Below, in pieces: positions 1 through 6,938 of a stretch of DNA of 32,000 nt. The notes beneath the pieces were generated by a model. The model did not search any database and had not been told where the DNA came from. It saw only the letters and a program-made list of their open reading frames with translations. The number at the start of each line of letters is the position of its first letter. Position 1 is the first letter of the stretch. The stretch is from an uncultured Nitrosopumilaceae archaeon (GTDB lineage Archaea; Thermoproteota; Nitrososphaeria; Nitrososphaerales; Nitrosopumilaceae), in assembly GCA_964507825.1 (NCBI GenBank), contig CAZDQM010000030.1:1-32000 (forward strand). Direction: 5' to 3'. The translations under genes were made by a program, and so were the position numbers.

Positions 1-155
1 TCTGCGTACTGGTACGGGGCGCCGACCTTGCCCTCGTTTGCGCGCCTTATGTCGTCCTCCCACTTCGGATCATATTCCATGATCAGATCTGCGCCGCGTT
101 TGACGTACTTTTCGTTGTCCGTCTTGATCACCGCGGCGCCACGTGTCCGGCTCAC
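1..155 (-). CDS. hypothetical protein, N-terminal fragment (gene runs off the left edge)
   Basis: The reverse strand reads GGAGGTGA, then 6 nt, then GTG (complement of 153-155). The frame stays open to position 1 (VSRTRGAAVIKTDNEKYVKRGADLIMEYDPKWEDDIRRANEGKVGAPYQYA...). An in-frame TGA lies two codons upstream of the GTG. It is absent from the ORF track because it is under 60 aa in this window. No family recognised. Confidence 0.3.
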   Translation of the reverse strand, partial: MSRTRGAAVIKTDNEKYVKRGADLIMEYDPKWEDDIRRANEGKVGAPYQYA

Positions 156-242
156 GAGCAGTCACCTCCCAAACGGACGGGCCGCGCCGCCGCGTCATAC
201 TTAAATCCGTATTCTGCAAGTATACCTTGTGCTTGACATCTT

Positions 243-272
243 TGTCCCATCATCTTGGTTGTCGATGGGACA
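243..272. repeat. perfect 9-bp inverted repeat TGTCCCATC / GATGGGACA with 12-nt spacer
   Basis: Read directly: arms at 243-251 and 264-272. It lies downstream of the regulator gene (469-1365, minus) and upstream of the partial gene at 1-155 (minus). It could be a terminator hairpin or an operator. Confidence 0.5.
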
Positions 273-468
273 TAGTGTCATGCACATTTGACTCAATGTG
301 AAAAATATCTTACTAATGCCGAAAAAAATACTCAGCTAGGCCACATCTATGGGCGCAATTAGGAAACAGAGTTGATTACGCATAAACTCTAATAATGATA
401 GGAATGTACACCCACAGGTTATGGCACTACCCAAGACGAGGAGCATGCCGGCATCACGTCATCAGTTA

Positions 469-1365
469 TCAATTCTCATTATTTTCAAAAACATTCTCGG
501 ACCACTCTAAAACAGTTTCTAGGTCATCAGACACTAGGTCTGCCTTGATGCCGTGATTTTTACCCACAGGACCAGACATTATGGAGATCAGTCGCTTGCT
601 GGTCTTTTCTTTTACTATTCCTATTGCATCGGCAAAAAAGTCAAGGCCTTCCTTGGAATTGGAAAATACGGACACTATCATTATACCGGTTTTTTTCCGC
701 CATATTTTGGACAGTAGTTTCTGAAGATCCAAATCAAACAGTATGTCTGAAGCAGAGGACATGTCACCTAGGGAGAATACGTTCCATCCCCTAGACCGAT
801 ATGATGCGGATGCCGCCTCGGCCATCAAGTGACTCTCTGAATCAGCGGCCAAGATGATTATGCTCTTGGCGGCGTTCTCGTCATGAGCAGAAGCATTCAT
901 GGTTTGTATGCATTCGTAGACTATGTTTCGGAGCAGGTTTTCTTCGGCGGTTCCAATCTTTCCCTCATTGATCAGATCCTGCACGGTTCCAATTGACGGC
1001 AGGATGACTTCGGTCGATAATTTGGATACGGGGGCGCCTGAATGAAGACAATTGCGTATAAGGGAGTGCGCCTGTTTTTGTGAAAAAGACGATAAAAGCT
1101 CCATGAATTTTTTTTGAACTACATGATAGTCGTCAGGGAAGTGGTACTTTTCGACATCATCGTCAATAAACCAAATGGTGGTATTTCCTATGTTTTTCTT
1201 CCTGATCATTCCCTCGGCCGCAAAAATCCCCAGATACTTTGTCATGGTGACTCGGTTGACGCCTAGGCGCTCGGAGATTTCAACACCGGACATTCCAATC
1301 TTAGAATCCCGGAATAGATCCACCAGCTTCTCCTTTAACTCCTCAGTTTGGTAGCCCCGAGCCAT
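469..1365 (-). CDS. winged-helix transcriptional regulator with C-terminal cobalamin-binding-like module
   Basis: 298-aa ORF. The N-terminus (SGVEISERLGVNRVTMTKYLGIFAAEGMIRKK) has a wHTH pattern. The middle (VILPSIGTVQDLINEGKIGTAEENLLRNIV) resembles the helical B12-binding_2 cap. The C-terminal part (IIILAADSESHLMAEAASASYRSRGWNVFSLGD...IMIVSV) resembles the Rossmann-like B12-binding domain, with E-S-H-L-M-A fitting the D/E-x-H-x-x-G/A lower-ligand motif. All calls by eye only. Confidence 0.7.
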   Translation of the reverse strand: MARGYQTEELKEKLVDLFRDSKIGMSGVEISERLGVNRVTMTKYLGIFAAEGMIRKKNIGNTTIWFIDDDVEKYHFPDDYHVVQKKFMELLSSFSQKQAHSLIRNCLHSGAPVSKLSTEVILPSIGTVQDLINEGKIGTAEENLLRNIVYECIQTMNASAHDENAAKSIIILAADSESHLMAEAASASYRSRGWNVFSLGDMSSASDILFDLDLQKLLSKIWRKKTGIMIVSVFSNSKEGLDFFADAIGIVKEKTSKRLISIMSGPVGKNHGIKADLVSDDLETVLEWSENVFENNEN

Positions 1366-1487
1366 ACCAGATAATTCCCTTGGCGCGGTATAAAGTCTAA
1401 TTGTAACAGGTCATAATTTCAAAATAGGTCACCGAATGCTGGAATCTGGCTAAAATCATACCAACAGGAATCAGTAATACATGCCGT

Positions 1488-1961
1488 ATGCGTTCTAGAT
1501 ACAAGTCGTTGAATGCACCGAGTCCGCAAACAATATATAGATCAGTACTTTATTGTACGGTAGGGAAAAGTACATTGCCAAAAGCCGGTTTCAAATCAAT
1601 CACAGTTTCAGAATCAATATACGACAAATTCCATGATGTCTATCAAAAAAATAAAAACAACCTAGCAATGAAGGGTGTCAATAGCTTTGCAGGATATGTA
1701 ACATACATGTTAGAGGAAATGATGCAAAAGGATGAAACCTTTGCAAGGTATGCTCCAAAACTAGAAAAGATCTCAGTTGACGATGATAGGGTAATTCTCA
1801 AGGATAATTTGAAAAATAGAATCGTAGAAGTTGCGGTCCAGAAGGGGGAGCTGTATTGCATGCTGTGCGAAGAGAAAGACTGCATACACATAGGCTTTGT
1901 TTGGTCACTGCCAGACGTGTATGATGTTTTACATTCCAAGGGAATCAAAAATCCAAAATAA
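1488..1961 (+). CDS. hypothetical protein, possible ribbon-helix-helix N-terminus plus Cys/His cluster
   Basis: 157-aa ORF. KSITVSESIYDKFHDVYQKNKNNLAMKGVNSFAGYVTYMLEEMM looks like an RHH (strand-helix-helix) pattern. The C-terminus carries CMLCEEKDCIH. The first ~29 codons look non-protein-like. An in-frame TTG at 1575, preceded by the TATA-like AATATATAG at about 1531-1540, is a plausible true start. Confidence 0.55.
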   Translation: MRSRYKSLNAPSPQTIYRSVLYCTVGKSTLPKAGFKSITVSESIYDKFHDVYQKNKNNLAMKGVNSFAGYVTYMLEEMMQKDETFARYAPKLEKISVDDDRVILKDNLKNRIVEVAVQKGELYCMLCEEKDCIHIGFVWSLPDVYDVLHSKGIKNPK

Positions 1962-1966
1962 AATCA

Positions 1967-2086
1967 TGGAGGAGGCGGGATTTGAACCCGCGAACTCCTG
2001 AGAGACAGGATCACCCATATACGATCTTAAGTCCTGCATGTCCAAAAGCTGTACAGCTTACTTTGGCCAGGCTTGATTACTCCTCC
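1967..2086 (-). tRNA. tRNA-Leu (anticodon UAA) with two introns
   Basis: The reverse strand gives acceptor GGAGGAG/CTCCTCC plus discriminator A, and T-arm GCGGG-TTCAAAT-CCCGC. The anticodon arm is CAGGA-CTTAAG[14-nt intron, 2012-2025]A-TCCTG. The class II variable arm is TCTCTCAGGAGTTC. The D-arm ATC-AAGCCTGGCCAAA-G[21-nt intron TAAGCTGTACAGCTTTTGGAC, 2040-2060]AT only closes after this second intron is removed. The mature length is then 85 nt. No encoded CCA. Confidence 0.85.
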
Positions 2087-2116
2087 GGAATAGGCTGGAT
2101 TGAACAGAAATTTAAT

Positions 2117-2126
2117 GTTTTATAGA
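2117..2126 (-). promoter_or_regulatory. TATA-like box upstream of tRNA-Leu
   Basis: The reverse strand reads TCTATAAAAC, centred about 36 nt upstream of the tRNA 5' end. This fits an archaeal TATA box with a short leader. Confidence 0.35.
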
Positions 2127-2182
2127 CGCGTACAGATGGCCCGTACCCTGAAACACGGCAATCTACACCTGTCTTAATCAAG

Positions 2183-2192
2183 AATTATAAAG
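2183..2192 (+). promoter_or_regulatory. TATA-like box upstream of tRNA-Thr
   Basis: AATTATAAAG is centred about 28 nt upstream of the tRNA-Thr 5' end at 2215. Confidence 0.4.
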
Positions 2193-2214
2193 ATTCCATG
2201 CAGGGAGATCTCAT

Positions 2215-2288
2215 GCTCCGATAGCTCAGCCTGGTAGAGCGTTACCTTGGTAAGGTAAAGGTCGCGGGTTCAGATCCCGCTCGGAGCT
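2215..2288 (+). tRNA. tRNA-Thr (anticodon GGU)
   Basis: Clean cloverleaf: acceptor GCTCCGA/TCGGAGC, D-arm GCTC-AGCCTGGTA-GAGC, anticodon arm TTACC-TTGGTAA-GGTAA, variable AGGTC, T-arm GCGGG-TTCAGAT-CCCGC, discriminator T. 74 nt, no intron. Confidence 0.95.
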
Positions 2289-2292
2289 CTTC

Positions 2293-3180
2293 CTAGTAAT
2301 TTGTAATTAAAAGCTCATGGTGTCCAGTTCGCTTGTCAGAGTCCGAGTTGATGAACCTGTTGGCGGCAATCCTCTGCTGGTTCCATTGTTTAGGAAATAG
2401 TCCAGATACCACATCAGTGTCGGAGTTGGACATCATCACCTTGGCTCCCTTGCTGTCAAGATGTAGACAGAATTCGACTAGGCGCTTAAGATCCTCGTAT
2501 CCAAATTCGCGGTTCATATAGCTTGTAAAATTGGCAGTACTACTCGTAGGGTGATACGGAGGATCAAGATAGACAAAATCATTCTCCGATACAATGTCCA
2601 AAATTTCTGAAAAATCACGACATGATACATCAGTTCTAGCGGATTGCAGGATCCGGCTTGTAGCATGCAGGTTTTCCTCGTTTACAATGTTAGGGTTCTT
2701 GTATTTGCCAAACGGGACATTAAACTTGCCGCTTTTATTGACACGGTATAGTCCATTAAAGCACGTACGGTTCAAAAAGATCAGCCTAGACGCTTTTTCT
2801 AGCGGGCTTGTAGGATTTTCCTCCCGTACATAGTAATAATAGGAGGCCGGATCCTTGACATATTCCCTGGCATGTACTTTAAGCGAGGCGACAAGGTCAT
2901 CAACATTGTCACGTACCATGACGTATGTCAGTATCAGATCAGGATTCAGATCAGATACGATGCAGTTTTGTTTGAAATGCATGAGAATATGAAACAGCAT
3001 CGCCCCGCCGCCCAAGAATGGTTCATGATAGGTGCCAAACTCTGAAGGAATGTTCCGCTCTAGAACAGGAAGCAGCTGGCGTTTGCCACCTGCCCATTTT
3101 ACAAAAGGTTTTGGAAGTAATTGTTTCACTATTGTTAGATGACCTGATCTATAAAAAAAGATTAATGAGATTACAGACAC
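2293..3180 (-). CDS. Dam-family (D12 class) N6-adenine DNA methyltransferase, orphan
   Basis: The translation carries the family hallmarks: KWAGGKRQLLP, HEPFLGGGAM (SAM-binding FxGxG), FLNRTCFNGLYRVNKSGKFNVPFGKY and the catalytic DPPY (VYLDPPYHP). The ORF-track start is a GTG at 3180. An in-frame GTG at 3129 (giving MKQLLPKPFVKWAGGK) is a more likely start. The stop lies 5 nt from the tRNA-Thr 3' end. Confidence 0.9.
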   Translation of the reverse strand: MSVISLIFFYRSGHLTIVKQLLPKPFVKWAGGKRQLLPVLERNIPSEFGTYHEPFLGGGAMLFHILMHFKQNCIVSDLNPDLILTYVMVRDNVDDLVASLKVHAREYVKDPASYYYYVREENPTSPLEKASRLIFLNRTCFNGLYRVNKSGKFNVPFGKYKNPNIVNEENLHATSRILQSARTDVSCRDFSEILDIVSENDFVYLDPPYHPTSSTANFTSYMNREFGYEDLKRLVEFCLHLDSKGAKVMMSNSDTDVVSGLFPKQWNQQRIAANRFINSDSDKRTGHHELLITNY

Positions 3181-3285
3181 GACAATGACGATCTAGAGGC
3201 GGTTCGGACACGCATCAAATGCGGATAGAGTCGTGACAGGCTAGAAGGTTTGCATCGGGTACAAGTATGCAGGCGGTACCTGACA

Positions 3286-3327
3286 TAGAAAACAACTTAA
3301 CAAAATGAAAAAGGAAAGGTTGGGTTT
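3286..3327 (-). terminator. T-rich terminator region after amoA
   Basis: After the stop, the reverse strand reads AAAACCCAACCTTTCCTTTTTCATTTTGTTAAGTTGTTTTCTATG. Oligo-T tracts are the usual archaeal termination signal. It contains the CTTTTTCATTTT motif shared with amoX and amoB. Confidence 0.5.
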
Positions 3328-3978
3328 TTAGTCCCACTTTGACCATGCGGCCATCCATCTGTAGGTCCATGTATTGAGTTTACAACCCAATGCTGTGAAC
3401 GTACATGCCAAAACTGCACCGGCACCGGCACCTAGAGCAACTGGACTGTTATAGAACTTTCCAACTTGCGGTTCGATTGGTGTCATGTATGGTGGCAATG
3501 TTGGTCTTGGATATTTGAAGGCCGTTTCTAGTGGGTCTGCGACTGTGATCAGATTTACCATATTGAATAACGGTAAAGACATACCTACCAATACGCCGCC
3601 AAACAGTATCAAGCTGTGCTTGTTCTTCTTTGTAGCCCAATAGGCCAAGTCCATCAACATGGCTGATGGTAACCAAACTGGAGTGACAATGAAGTCGTAT
3701 GGATATCCAAGTGCAAACCATGCACCCTTTGCAATCCATGTGTATACTGTCATGATTAATGCGTAGTACGTCGCTGTTCCTGGAACGCCCGTGAAGGTCA
3801 GATAATATGCTGCACCTACGGAGAGCATAAGCGTTTGCGATATTGAAAATACTACAAACGATGTCCAGGCCCAGTCTGTGTAGAAGATGTAGTCTCCTGC
3901 GTTAATTGTCAACAGAGTTGAATTAACTGCAACCACTACTATGAATAGATAGTGTGTACAACGTCTAAGCCAGACCAT
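3328..3978 (-). CDS. amoA: ammonia monooxygenase subunit A (archaeal AmoA)
   Basis: The 216-aa product starts MVWLRRCTHYLFIVVVAVNSTLLTINAGDYIFYTDWAWTSF and ends NTWTYRWMAAWSKWD. This is the canonical Nitrosopumilus-type AmoA. The ORF-track entry extends to 4068, but a TATA-like box sits about 29 nt upstream of the ATG at 3978, so the extension is rejected. Confidence 0.97.
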   Translation of the reverse strand: MVWLRRCTHYLFIVVVAVNSTLLTINAGDYIFYTDWAWTSFVVFSISQTLMLSVGAAYYLTFTGVPGTATYYALIMTVYTWIAKGAWFALGYPYDFIVTPVWLPSAMLMDLAYWATKKNKHSLILFGGVLVGMSLPLFNMVNLITVADPLETAFKYPRPTLPPYMTPIEPQVGKFYNSPVALGAGAGAVLACTFTALGCKLNTWTYRWMAAWSKWD

Positions 3979-3998
3979 TAGTATGTTGGTAAAGTAGT

Positions 3999-4016
3999 CA
4001 ATATATAAAATTTTAC
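3999..4016 (-). promoter_or_regulatory. amoA TATA-like promoter element
   Basis: The reverse strand reads AAAATTTTATATATTG, centred about 29 nt upstream of the amoA ATG. This implies a leaderless mRNA or a very short leader. Confidence 0.45.
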
Positions 4017-4127
4017 CAGACGGTAGTTTGTTGGTAAGCCTAGGCCTAAACCAACCAAGATCGGACAAATTTCATGGTCAGAGTTTGGATTATGTCGCTT
4101 AATAGGCGATGAAGATCATCAAAACTA

Positions 4128-4167
4128 GGTTAAAATGAAAAAGAGAAAAATCCGAAGGAAAAACCTT
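4128..4167 (-). terminator. terminator region after amoX
   Basis: After the stop, the reverse strand reads AAGGTTTTTCCTTCGGATTTTTCTCTTTTTCATTTTAACC. It holds a small AAGG/CCTT hairpin, T-tracts and the shared motif. Confidence 0.45.
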
Positions 4168-4530
4168 CTAATTTCCCACATACAGGGCTATCAAGACGGT
4201 ACCGACAGCAGTTCCAGCTATAGTACCGGCTACGATACCATTGCTTTTCTTGTTTGAACCTTCTTCACAGACTTTGACTGAGAAGATATAGCCGATTGCC
4301 TCGATGATTGTGAGTACAATGAATGCATAATGGCCACTTGGCGTTGGATATGCCCACGGATAATAGAAATATCCTGCCGCTGTTCCTCCAAATGTTGCAA
4401 GCCATGCTGCAATGTAGGCTAGCGTTATAATTCCAGTCATGTTCTCGACACGTCTGCCGATCATTTTTTCGACATCTGCGCTTGAACCACCAGAACCGCC
4501 GGCTGAGCCGAATCCTTTAGGAAGTGTCAT
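4168..4530 (-). CDS. amoX: small membrane protein in the amoX position (putative AMO subunit AmoX)
   Basis: 120-aa ORF between amoA and amoC on the same strand, with two hydrophobic helices (IITLAYIAAWLATFGGTAAGYFYY and GIVAGTIAGTAVGTVLIALYV). The assignment rests on conserved position in Nitrosopumilales amo loci and on protein type. The TATA-like box 28 nt upstream of ATG 4530 supports the long start. Confidence 0.75.
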   Translation of the reverse strand: MTLPKGFGSAGGSGGSSADVEKMIGRRVENMTGIITLAYIAAWLATFGGTAAGYFYYPWAYPTPSGHYAFIVLTIIEAIGYIFSVKVCEEGSNKKSNGIVAGTIAGTAVGTVLIALYVGN

Positions 4531-4550
4531 TCTAGGTCTATTCCATACAG

Positions 4551-4566
4551 AATCTTTTTAAATCTT
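4551..4566 (-). promoter_or_regulatory. amoX TATA-like promoter element
   Basis: The reverse strand reads AAGATTTAAAAAGATT, centred about 28 nt upstream of the amoX ATG. Confidence 0.4.
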
Positions 4567-5454
4567 TCTTAATCGAGGTTTGCATCATAACCCTGCCTAA
4601 AATTCACCAAAAAATGTGGCGTGTCATTTTAGGCACAGGATATAGCGTTGCCGTGCTTAAATATGCATAATCTTATGCGGTATCCCAAAAATACTCAGAA
4701 TCCAACAATGGTGAGAATATTCGTTGCCGGATTCGTACCTAGTGACTCCCGAGTGTAAAAGGTAGTAGAGATATGCGGCCCAAGATCAGATCGGCGCAAG
4801 TTGAAAAAGAGTATGCAGAGAACATGGTCATGATTGCTAGAAAGGATAACCCTGATCTGAGGAGGACCAATGCAGATTCAGTAAAGACAACGCGGAACAT
4901 GCCGAGAACCACGACGTGAGGGAACTGTCCCCGCCGGGGAGGACGAAACTCAGACGGTATGAGCATATAGTCAGGCATCCAACAAGAGTCGATTATATTA
5001 TCGGATAAAGTGGTACAACGCGCTCACAAGAAATCCAGAGGCCGTATTCATGATACGCTTTCGAATTTGATGCATAGTCAAGAAATCCGGTCATGCGCCG
5101 CATTCGGAATGATTCAGGCTAGGAGTAACTCGGAAACCAGTACAAGATTCACGTCCGGCACCTATACACCGAGATGCTCAGACACATTACGGAAGGATGT
5201 CTTGGCATAATCTGCATAACAGGTCAGAGTACCGCGTACAGGTTTTACCAAGGCCGGCAGTACAATACATTTGCAGTAACTGTTAACGTCATCCTATCTT
5301 GAACTTGTGTCAAAATGATCTCAAGATCACATTAACGGTTACCATTTGCAGAGACGGGGCGCCCAGAGTAAGTACGGGCAAAAAAGTGCTAGATTTTTCT
5401 GGTCGATTGCGCAAGTCGGTGAGATGTATTGCGCAGAAAGTCCAATAGAGATGA

Positions 5455-5486
5455 CAAAAAAGAAAAAAAGTACGAGTGTACTTTTT
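5455..5486 (-). terminator. hairpin plus U-tract terminator of amoC
   Basis: On the reverse strand the stem is AAAAAGTAC-ACTC-GTACTTTTT (arms at 5465-5473 and 5478-5486, overlapping the TAA stop). TTCTTTTTTG follows directly. Confidence 0.6.
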
Positions 5487-6048
5487 ATGGAATTGCTCTG
5501 CTGTACAATTTGCCTTCTAGAGCCATCTTGTACATTTCAGCAACATACGGATTCTCACCAGGAGTTTCTGCGCCCAATTCTACGAGTCTGGCATAAACCC
5601 TGACTACGTATGCGAGTGCACCCATGAATGCAACAACTACACCCATGTTAAACATCCAGTGATTTGGAACCGCAAATATCTCTTCTACGAACCAAAAGTG
5701 CCACATCTCGTTGACGCCAATCGTAAACATGGTTGCCAGATAACCGAGAATAGTCATCTTGAGACCCGTGTTCATGGAGTTGTTTGGTCCTCTGAGAACC
5801 GGTACTTTTCTATCATAGATTGCTACCGAACCCCATCCAAGTGGCAATGCTACAAAGTGTGAGTATAGCCACCAATGTGCTGGAGTAAATGCGCTGTCTC
5901 TGATAGATGTCTGGTGCAGAGAGCCATCAACGAAGTTGTCCACTTCTACCGATGCTGCTGTTGATCCCATAGCAATGACGATGAGCCAGATCTTTTTTAG
6001 TCTCTGAATCTCAACCTCTTTTGGGATTAATGCCGGCATTTGTGCCAT
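5485..6048 (-). CDS. amoC: ammonia monooxygenase subunit C (archaeal AmoC)
   Basis: 187-aa product: MAQMPALIPKEVEIQRLKKIWLIVIAMGSTAASVEVDNFVDGSLHQTSIRDSAFTPAHWWLYSHFVALPLGW... This is the typical thaumarchaeal AmoC. Confidence 0.97.
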   Translation of the reverse strand: MAQMPALIPKEVEIQRLKKIWLIVIAMGSTAASVEVDNFVDGSLHQTSIRDSAFTPAHWWLYSHFVALPLGWGSVAIYDRKVPVLRGPNNSMNTGLKMTILGYLATMFTIGVNEMWHFWFVEEIFAVPNHWMFNMGVVVAFMGALAYVVRVYARLVELGAETPGENPYVAEMYKMALEGKLYSRAIP

Positions 6049-6305
6049 GATATAGTACAGTTTATTTTAGATATAAACTAAGAGTTCGTAAATCCTGTTT
6101 TTTTCTAAAAATATCAGAGTCTTATTATGAAAATTATCTAAAAATCATAACAATTTTAATTTGAATCTATGAATATTACAATCATTTTTGAGACATGGCT
6201 AATGTTAAACATTGATGTTTATCCAGCTACTTAACATGTCGATCAGCACTAACAAGGTAAAACATATAACAACGTAAGTTATCTTTCTGGATATAAGGGA
6301 TAAGC
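6049..6305. promoter_or_regulatory. AT-rich divergent amoC/amoB promoter region
   Basis: The intergenic DNA is strongly AT-rich (6061-6120 has 13/60 G+C by my count). On the reverse strand, TTTATATCTAAAATAAA lies about 22-27 nt upstream of the amoC ATG. On the plus strand, AAAACATATAAC lies about 40 nt upstream of the amoB ATG. Confidence 0.5.
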
Positions 6306-6875
6306 ATGGTTACAAACAAACTTATCATAACTGGACTTGCCGTAGTACTTACACTGGGCACACTAGGATTCAACTGGGTTGAAACTATTTTGCCAACGGC
6401 AAGCGCACACGGAGTTCAAGCACAACTGCTGAGTCGTTTCATCAAGATCGAGGATGAGACCTTCAACAGACAATCCCTACAAACTGGCGAAGTTCTTGTA
6501 CTAAATGGTAAACTAGTCAGCTTAGTAGAAAGAGACCTTAGAGGATGGATTTCCATCTTCTCAGAATCTACCAATGCAGGTAACAGGTGGGAAGTCTTGT
6601 CAAGAGACCCACCAGGCAACGTCTTTGACATTTCAGGCAACGAGGTAATTACATACGCCATCTCTGCAAAAGCACTAGAGGCGGGCGTATATCACGTACA
6701 CACACAGCTCAATGTCGCATCAGTAGGTCCGGGACTTGGTCCAGGTCAAACGGTTGTCGTAGAAGGTGAACCAATCATCAAGGCGATTCCATACACCAAC
6801 ATCGCATACCAGTCGATCATCATCGGCGTAGGCTATGTCATCACATTCGCAACACGACCTTGGCAAGTAATCTAA
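6306..6875 (+). CDS. amoB: ammonia monooxygenase subunit B (archaeal AmoB)
   Basis: 189-aa product with a signal/anchor (MVTNKLIITGLAVVLTLGTLGF...ASAHGVQAQL) and a C-terminal helix (YQSIIIGVGYVITFATRPWQVI). This is the typical short archaeal AmoB. Confidence 0.97.
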   Translation: MVTNKLIITGLAVVLTLGTLGFNWVETILPTASAHGVQAQLLSRFIKIEDETFNRQSLQTGEVLVLNGKLVSLVERDLRGWISIFSESTNAGNRWEVLSRDPPGNVFDISGNEVITYAISAKALEAGVYHVHTQLNVASVGPGLGPGQTVVVEGEPIIKAIPYTNIAYQSIIIGVGYVITFATRPWQVI

Positions 6876-6902
6876 ACTCCTTTCCTTTCCTTTTCATTTT
6901 CC
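6876..6902 (+). terminator. pyrimidine/T-rich terminator after amoB
   Basis: ACTCCTTTCCTTTCCTTTTCATTTTCC follows the stop directly and contains the shared CTTTTCATTTT motif. Confidence 0.45.
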
Positions 6903-6938
6903 ATCATCACAAGCTAGATTCATCCGCGATTTACTAAC

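Noticed and set aside
1-200. GC-rich left edge (1-60 has 39/60 G+C) with a bacterial-style Shine-Dalgarno sequence. This could suggest foreign or chimeric DNA.
   Set aside because: Only about 155 nt of coding sequence are visible. Other genes in the window also reach 55-60% G+C locally. GGAGGTGA is complementary to the archaeal 16S 3' end too. The evidence for horizontal origin or misassembly is insufficient.
2090-3327. Possible integrated element at tRNA-Thr, given the methyltransferase immediately 3' of the tRNA.
   Set aside because: There is no integrase, no duplicated tRNA 3' segment (att-like repeat) further right and no visible compositional step. The segment holds a single gene.
3979-4068. 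30-codon N-terminal extension of the amoA ORF (MSDLGWFRPRLTNK...).
   Set aside because: Canonical archaeal AmoA begins MVWLRRCTHY. A TATA-like box lies inside the extension, about 29 nt upstream of ATG 3978, so the extension is promoter DNA.
4728-4738. GGATTCGTACC, one mismatch from the reverse complement of a tRNA T-loop (GGTTCGAATCC).
   Set aside because: The flanking sequence cannot form a T-stem, acceptor stem or anticodon arm on the minus strand.
5436-5443. GAAAGTCC, the RNase P RNA CR-I core, on the plus strand. I also looked for RNase P and SRP RNA signatures in both ORF-less gaps.
   Set aside because: An RNase P RNA starting here would run antisense through amoC. No CR-II to CR-V motifs (GTAAGAGC-type, ACAGAAnnnGGCTTA) are in the correct order on either strand. 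No SRP helix-8 GGAA-tetraloop context was convincing either. An 8-mer is expected about once by chance in 64 kb of two-strand sequence.
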